This document shows positions 59,189 to 64,000 of a stretch of DNA of 64,000 nt, piece by piece (the stretch's first letter is position 1; each line of letters opens with the position of its first letter). Under the pieces are notes generated by a model. That model saw nothing but the letters and a program-made list of their open reading frames with translations. It had not been told where the DNA came from and made no database searches. The stretch is from a virus, in the IMG/VR virus record IMGVR_UViG_3300045256_000294, positions 1-64,000 of that record; one strand, given 5' to 3'. Position numbers and translations under genes: made by a program.

Positions 59189-61229
59189 GATACTCCCCAT
59201 CAGTGCAAAGGAATTTGTGTTGCATTGTGACTCTCTCTGTCTGGCCATTATCGAAAACTATTTCAAACACCTCCTGCACACCAGTATCGTGAATAGCCAC
59301 GCACTTATCAGTAACAACTATGCCATTGCTGTACGCTTTAAGGGTCGGTAAATCAACTTCATTGGCCCACTCGCCAATAGTGGCCGACCGACCGGTGGTG
59401 GTGTCGGTTAGCACAGTATCTTTGTCAAGGCACTTATTGAAGGCGTATCTGCCGAACGTCTCCATCTTCGGCCACCACTCGTCAGCCTCGGCCTGACCGA
59501 GCATTTTGGCGGCACCGCGCAGCCACTTCTCCTTAATTGGCTTGAGCTTGTGGGTCAACTTCTTGGCAACGGCCTTTCGAGCCTCCTGAGCCTCAGGAGC
59601 AGTGAACCCGGCCACCCGCTGCCAGATGGCCTGCAATTGTTCCTGGTAAACGATCACACCATAGGTGTCCTTGAGGACATCCAGGATGACCGGGTGGAGC
59701 CTTTTCTGCCAAGTCTTACGGCCGTCATCGCGGTTTCTCACCGCATCCGGGATCGAGGCCATCGGACCAGGGTGACCCATCGCGTTGAACAGCATCAAGT
59801 CTTCGAAGCAGTACGACTGGTTGGCCAAAATACTCTTAGCCAGATCGGTGTCGAACTGGAACACCCCGTCCGTCTTTTGCTCGTTGGCGAGCCTGAGGGC
59901 ATGGGGGTCGTCCATGTTGATGAAGTGCTTCTCTCCGTTGCCGTCATAGTAGAAACCAGCGTGCCGGAGCCGTGGGTTGTTGTACTCCATCCCCTCCATA
60001 TTCTTACCAAAGGAGATACCGCGGTTCTCCTCAATAAGCTGGCACGCCTTGAAAATGTACTCCAAAGTCTTTAGGCCAAGGAGGTCCCATTTAATGTAAC
60101 CGAACTTGGATAGCTGGGTGTTACGGCCCTCAGTCCACATGCTCGTCCAGAAGCCCTTGCTTCCGGTCTTGGCCATGGGAACGTTGCCGTACAGCGGCCG
60201 GTTCGTGATGATGATGGCCCCGGCGTGCATCCCCATGTTGCGGATGCGGCCGATCAGGTTGAGAGCTACGTCGAAGATAGGTGGGTACACCCGCTCTTCG
60301 AGTTCCGGATTCTCCAACCGCTGCTTGTCCCATTCAGCCTGCAGTTCGACCCGCCGCTTCTCGCAGCTATCGTAGAAACGACGAAGAGGCTCGTGTTCCT
60401 CGAACAACTTGGCGAATGTCGGCCCATCGGTGTCGGTGGATTCTACGTTACGATCTGCCCAGCACTTCGGGCATTTGAGTTCACCCTTCTTGCTGCCGTA
60501 CAGATGGCCGCACTCCTTACCGGAAGGCAGAATCGCTTTGCATGGGGCCAGCCCGCCTTCCTTGAGATCGTCAACGTCGTCGGGCAGTAGCTTGGTGATC
60601 TGTTCAGCTTTCTCCAACTTGGCCTCTTCCATGTCCACGGTGACGCCAAGGTCATCCACGCTCTTGGTGCCCTTCCGCTTTACCCCAGCTTTGGTCTGCT
60701 GGGTGCCGCGGCCCATGTAGCCAAGGGCGACGGCTGAGTCGATTAAGGCACTCTTGAACTTATAGGTCTGCCACGTACCGACCGAACAGACTGAACCATA
60801 GCCATCATTATGGTTACTGCCGTAAGTCTTGATCGCGAATTCCTTAAGAGGGTCGCGAGCGGCCGGTAGGCAGTCAATGTCGATGTCAGGGCTGTCCGGG
60901 TCCTTGATGAGATCGTGTGGAATGAAGCCGTTAGCGTCCTTGAACTCCAAAACTTTCGCTGCCCGGACGGTGTTGAGCATCGGGGTCTTGCGAGCCACGA
61001 TGGGGTCATCATCCACCATCCCAAGAACCCACGGCAGGACTAGGTTATTGGGGTTAGACAGGAACTTCTTACCTTCAGAGTAACGGTTGACCCAGATTAA
61101 TTCAGCACCCTGCTTCTCGACCTCGGCGATCTCGAACTTGAGCCGTTCTTCGTACGGACCATCTAACCCTCGCTGGGCCAGGACAGCCAGAGCTTTAGAT
61201 ACGACTTGTTGCCAAGAAATATCAGTCAT
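59106..61229 (-). CDS. dnaE: DNA polymerase III alpha catalytic part fused to split-intein N-fragment
   Basis: PDIDID, GMHAGAIII, KWDLLGLKTL, GVFQF, TYGVIVYQEQ, YAFNK|CLDKDT. Confidence 0.95.
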   Translation of the reverse strand: MTDISWQQVVSKALAVLAQRGLDGPYEERLKFEIAEVEKQGAELIWVNRYSEGKKFLSNPNNLVLPWVLGMVDDDPIVARKTPMLNTVRAAKVLEFKDANGFIPHDLIKDPDSPDIDIDCLPAARDPLKEFAIKTYGSNHNDGYGSVCSVGTWQTYKFKSALIDSAVALGYMGRGTQQTKAGVKRKGTKSVDDLGVTVDMEEAKLEKAEQITKLLPDDVDDLKEGGLAPCKAILPSGKECGHLYGSKKGELKCPKCWADRNVESTDTDGPTFAKLFEEHEPLRRFYDSCEKRRVELQAEWDKQRLENPELEERVYPPIFDVALNLIGRIRNMGMHAGAIIITNRPLYGNVPMAKTGSKGFWTSMWTEGRNTQLSKFGYIKWDLLGLKTLEYIFKACQLIEENRGISFGKNMEGMEYNNPRLRHAGFYYDGNGEKHFINMDDPHALRLANEQKTDGVFQFDTDLAKSILANQSYCFEDLMLFNAMGHPGPMASIPDAVRNRDDGRKTWQKRLHPVILDVLKDTYGVIVYQEQLQAIWQRVAGFTAPEAQEARKAVAKKLTHKLKPIKEKWLRGAAKMLGQAEADEWWPKMETFGRYAFNKCLDKDTVLTDTTTGRSATIGEWANEVDLPTLKAYSNGIVVTDKCVAIHDTGVQEVFEIVFDNGQTERVTMQHKFLCTDGEYHEVREIIDKGLDVAQAQTGGQGNSSEK
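59109..59432 (-). mobile_element. split intein N-fragment (108 aa)
   Basis: CLDKDT, HDTGVQEVFEI, VTMQHKF, then stop with no block F/G. Confidence 0.92.
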
Positions 61230-61383
61230 AGTTCACCACCAACAAGCAGCTTCTGGTAATCCTGGAGCTTCTCAGGGTGCTTACCCTGGACGTGGAGCGT
61301 CCGGCCGACGTGTTGCTCATCTTAGCGTCACAAAACGGACATTTCAGAGAGCCCGCCTCATCCGACTCCGCCTGACGACTCAC
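61226..61383 (-). pseudogene. stand-alone C2H2 zinc-finger gene with a 1-nt frameshift
   Basis: LKCPFCDAKMSNTS/GRTLHVQGKHPEKLQDYQKLL; stop overlaps the dnaE ATG. Confidence 0.65.
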
Positions 61384-61392
61384 AACATCATC

Positions 61393-62004
61393 TTAGTCGT
61401 CCTCCGGCTCCGGCTGGCATGGGACCTTCCCGGCCAACAGAGCCTGATACTCAGTAAATCTCTCCGGATGAGCGGCCTTAACGTGCAGGGTGCGGCCCGG
61501 TGTGCTGGATACCTCAAACTTGCAGAACGGGCAAGTCAACCCACCGTCCCACCGCTTGGGGTCCTTGGGCTTGGGGTCCTTGGGCTTAGCGGCCTCCTGC
61601 TTCTTTACTTCGTCTGGGTGCTCAGGAATACTGTCCCAATCGATGATGAAGGGAGGGTGTGTCTGATACTTGTTATCCACCCTCTTAACGACACCACACC
61701 ACAAGTAATTCTTGCGTTTCTTGACCGCCTCGATCAACTCGGCGTAGTGAGCCTTGTCCTTGCAGCGGTGCATCTTGATGGGGCAGGGGTTGAGCCCAGG
61801 AGGGCATTCTAGGAAGACAGTCCAGTCGTAGTCAATGCCGCTCTTGGGTGGACCGCTCTGGTCGAGGCGAATTGTGGCGTCTTCGAGCGAGTATTCCTCG
61901 CCCTCGATCATATACCGGTCACCGTCCCGCCGCACGTCCTGACCGCGGACACGACTGGATTTACCGGGCTTGATGGATCGTAGTTGTTCGGCTGTCTTGC
62001 TCAT
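61393..62004 (-). CDS. hypothetical protein with C-terminal C2H2 zinc finger
   Basis: WDGGLTCPFC...GRTLHVKAAHPE. Confidence 0.75.
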   Translation of the reverse strand: MSKTAEQLRSIKPGKSSRVRGQDVRRDGDRYMIEGEEYSLEDATIRLDQSGPPKSGIDYDWTVFLECPPGLNPCPIKMHRCKDKAHYAELIEAVKKRKNYLWCGVVKRVDNKYQTHPPFIIDWDSIPEHPDEVKKQEAAKPKDPKPKDPKRWDGGLTCPFCKFEVSSTPGRTLHVKAAHPERFTEYQALLAGKVPCQPEPEDD

Positions 62005-62033
62005 AATCCTTCAATACAACAGCCGTATGCCGC

Positions 62034-62183
62034 CTAATTCCCTGTTATGGCGTAACCGATGGCAGCGATAATGGCAATAGCCAGAAGAATACCGACCTTC
62101 CACCAGAAAATGGGGTCCTTGGGCTTACCGCCGCTTGGGGGCTGGGTTGGGTTGAAGTCCCCACCCAGAGGTAGAATTGGCAT
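62034..62183 (-). CDS. small single-TM membrane protein (49 aa; not in ORF track)
   Basis: Manual translation MPILPLGG...FWWKVGILLAIAIIAAIGYAITGN; AAGGAG SD. Confidence 0.55.
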   Translation of the reverse strand: MPILPLGGDFNPTQPPSGGKPKDPIFWWKVGILLAIAIIAAIGYAITGN

Positions 62184-62628
62184 TGGCCGCTCCTTGTGTC
62201 AGAGAATCGAATTCTTTTTGGGTCTCCATCCCCATCTTCGCCAGTTCACGGGCACGAACGAGTTGTCCACCCATCTCCGCATGCACCATCACCTGGATGT
62301 CTTTATAATACCCGTACCAGCGACGAGCATCCACCATGGCCGCAATAATACCATCTGGACCACCCTTGGTCAAGTAGGTGGCGACCTCCGGCGATTCGAC
62401 GTGAACCGTTGCCTTAGCTCCCCGGAATGCTGGGGCCACAGACGCCAGGGCGAGTCGCACAGCCTGGAAGTCACAGAGTTCCTGAGGAGAACCACCCAGG
62501 CCCCAAGCGAACTCCCGCCGTTGAGTCCGTCCGTGCTCATCCCGAAACAGCAGGACGATCCCACATCCACCCAGGATGTGGGGATCTTCACCTTGGCTTA
62601 GACCGACGCAGTACAGATCGATCGTCAC
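62125..62628 (-). CDS. RNase H-like fold protein (catalytic acids look degenerate)
   Basis: IDLYC.G....GGCGIVL...AVRLAL...TVHVES...ARELA layout. Confidence 0.55.
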   Translation of the reverse strand: MTIDLYCVGLSQGEDPHILGGCGIVLLFRDEHGRTQRREFAWGLGGSPQELCDFQAVRLALASVAPAFRGAKATVHVESPEVATYLTKGGPDGIIAAMVDARRWYGYYKDIQVMVHAEMGGQLVRARELAKMGMETQKEFDSLTQGAANANSTSGWGLQPNPAPKRR

Positions 62629-63140
62629 AGAATGTTCCCCATTACATCAGTCATGTCCGGGTAGCGGGCCTTGGTGTAGGTGGACAGACTACGCAGGGCC
62701 TCGGCTATCTCCTTAAGTAAAGCACTCTTGGCAGCGATTTTGTCGGGAAGCTGCCGGGCTTTACCGATGACGACAAGAAGGTTGTCACCCTTGTTCTGGA
62801 TGCTCGCCGGGAACTGGTCTCCCTTGGCGGCAGCTTGGGTCGCACGTTGATCGATTGACTGTTGGACAAAGAGAGCAACGGACTCGACGATAGCGAAGGC
62901 GAGCTTGGCCATCTCGGACTTTCGCCGTGTATCGTCCTTATCTTCAAGGAAGTCGATGAGCTTGACTAGGAAGACCGTCAACTGCGGCGACGGCCCCTGC
63001 ATGATGACAAGGTGAGTGCGAATTGAGTGCTTGAGTTCTTCGAGTAGCCGATCGGCAGATGGCGACAGGTTGGCGTCGATCGGTGTCCGCTCTTCTTCGG
63101 GCACCAAGGTGTCATCACCGGGCAGGTTCGCGTCCGACAT
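62625..63140 (-). CDS. hypothetical protein
   Basis: 171-aa ORF with GGAGG SD. Confidence 0.75.
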   Translation of the reverse strand: MSDANLPGDDTLVPEEERTPIDANLSPSADRLLEELKHSIRTHLVIMQGPSPQLTVFLVKLIDFLEDKDDTRRKSEMAKLAFAIVESVALFVQQSIDQRATQAAAKGDQFPASIQNKGDNLLVVIGKARQLPDKIAAKSALLKEIAEALRSLSTYTKARYPDMTDVMGNIL

Positions 63141-63147
63141 GTAATAG

Positions 63148-63176
63148 CCTCCAGTAGTGGCTATCTACTGGAGGCC
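63148..63176. promoter_or_regulatory. hairpin covering the SD of the 63140 gene
   Basis: GCCTCCAGTAG-TGGCTAT-CTACTGGAGGC inverted repeat. Confidence 0.5.
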
Positions 63177-63245
63177 AAAATTTTCAATCACCGCCACAGT
63201 CCCCACCAACCACTAGTCCCAGAATCGCATCGTACATAGTTATCC

Positions 63246-64000
63246 TCAGTTTACTGGATCAGGCATACTCAGGTTCAGCATATACCCTCCACGCGATGGC
63301 GACAGGAAGCGGTCGAAAGACAGCCCCCACAGCAACGGGTCGAGGGTGTGAATACCGAGCAGGTAGCAGACCAGTGAACCACCAGCACTCCCACGTGGGC
63401 TAAAAGGCCAGCCCTGCTCGCGGCCGTGCAGCACCAGGGTCCGCGTAATAATGAAGTACGACGAGAAGCCCTTATCGATGAACCGCTTGAGTTCGATCTT
63501 AGCCTGCTCGACGTAAGTCACTTCTTTACCGTCGATGATGAACTTCTCCCGGCACGTATCCAGGCCAAGCTCACGGAGTCGAAGGGCGACCAGCCGCTTC
63601 AACTCCTCATCAGCATTCGGAATGTTCGGGATCTTTGGATCAGGATCGAAATCGAACGGCGTCACCTTGTCCGCTATGACCAATGAGTTATCGCACATCG
63701 TCTCGAATACGCTGTCCGGAATCCCCTTCGAGTAAGGATAATTCTTGAAGCGAGCCCAAAGCTCACCCCGTGTCTTCATATACTGCTCGTCAGAATTGAC
63801 GTGAAACAGGTCCTTGCTGTAAACGTTGGTGTCCTGAGCGATGGCCATCATCACTTTCTGCAACAGGAAGTCCTTCCGCGTCAGGTAATGGCAATTTGAA
63901 CTAGTAACCCCAACCAAGAAGCTGCTATCATCTTCCACTTGAATACACCATACCTCCGAAATATCAGATTCAATCCGACGAAATGGATTCTTAATCCAGA
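63246..64000 (-). CDS. dnaE: DNA polymerase III alpha N-terminal (PHP) fragment, 5'-truncated by the window edge
   Basis: CHY, Y.KT..E, EL.....GFSSYF, RGSAGGSLVCYLLGI..LDP...L.FDRFL...R, then stop before PDID. Confidence 0.9.
   Translation of the reverse strand, partial: WIKNPFRRIESDISEVWCIQVEDDSSFLVGVTSSNCHYLTRKDFLLQKVMMAIAQDTNVYSKDLFHVNSDEQYMKTRGELWARFKNYPYSKGIPDSVFETMCDNSLVIADKVTPFDFDPDPKIPNIPNADEELKRLVALRLRELGLDTCREKFIIDGKEVTYVEQAKIELKRFIDKGFSSYFIITRTLVLHGREQGWPFSPRGSAGGSLVCYLLGIHTLDPLLWGLSFDRFLSPSRGGYMLNLSMPDPVN
63894..64000 (-). mobile_element. C-terminal end of an intein in the DnaE PHP domain
   Basis: Open frame to the window edge: EVWCIQVEDDSSFLVGVTSSN|CHY. Confidence 0.8.

Noticed and set aside
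61555-61590. Short tandem repeat encoding KPKDPKPKDPK
   Set aside because: Low-complexity protein linker, not a separate element

Overview
This is a 64-kb segment of a large, GC-rich, T4-like myovirus (jumbo-phage-type) genome, coded mostly on the minus strand. It carries virion genes (tail sheath, tail terminator, gp14- and gp13-like neck proteins). An auxiliary block holds glycosyl-, sulfo- and methyltransferases, a gmd pseudogene, pyrC, pyrE, a 2OG-Fe(II) oxygenase and kdsB. A replication/recombination block holds a Holliday junction resolvase, flap endonuclease, gp32-like SSB, UvsY-like protein, minimal PolA, DnaB-like helicase, RecA and a multipartite DnaE. The window is heavily invaded by selfish elements: many HNH, LAGLIDADG and PD-(D/E)xK endonuclease genes, contiguous inteins in RecA and a glycosyltransferase, a naturally split DnaE intein flanking a free-standing endonuclease, the end of a further DnaE intein at the window edge, and an IS608-like miniature element. 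The most unusual observation is the fractured gp13-like neck gene. Its N-half ends in an apparently complete Hint domain that stops at His with no terminal Asn. After a free-standing endonuclease, its C-half is fused behind a SprT-like HExxH metalloprotease domain instead of a normal C-intein. This suggests a protease-assisted protein trans-ligation element, which is inference and untested. All family calls come from reading motifs by eye; no database search was run.
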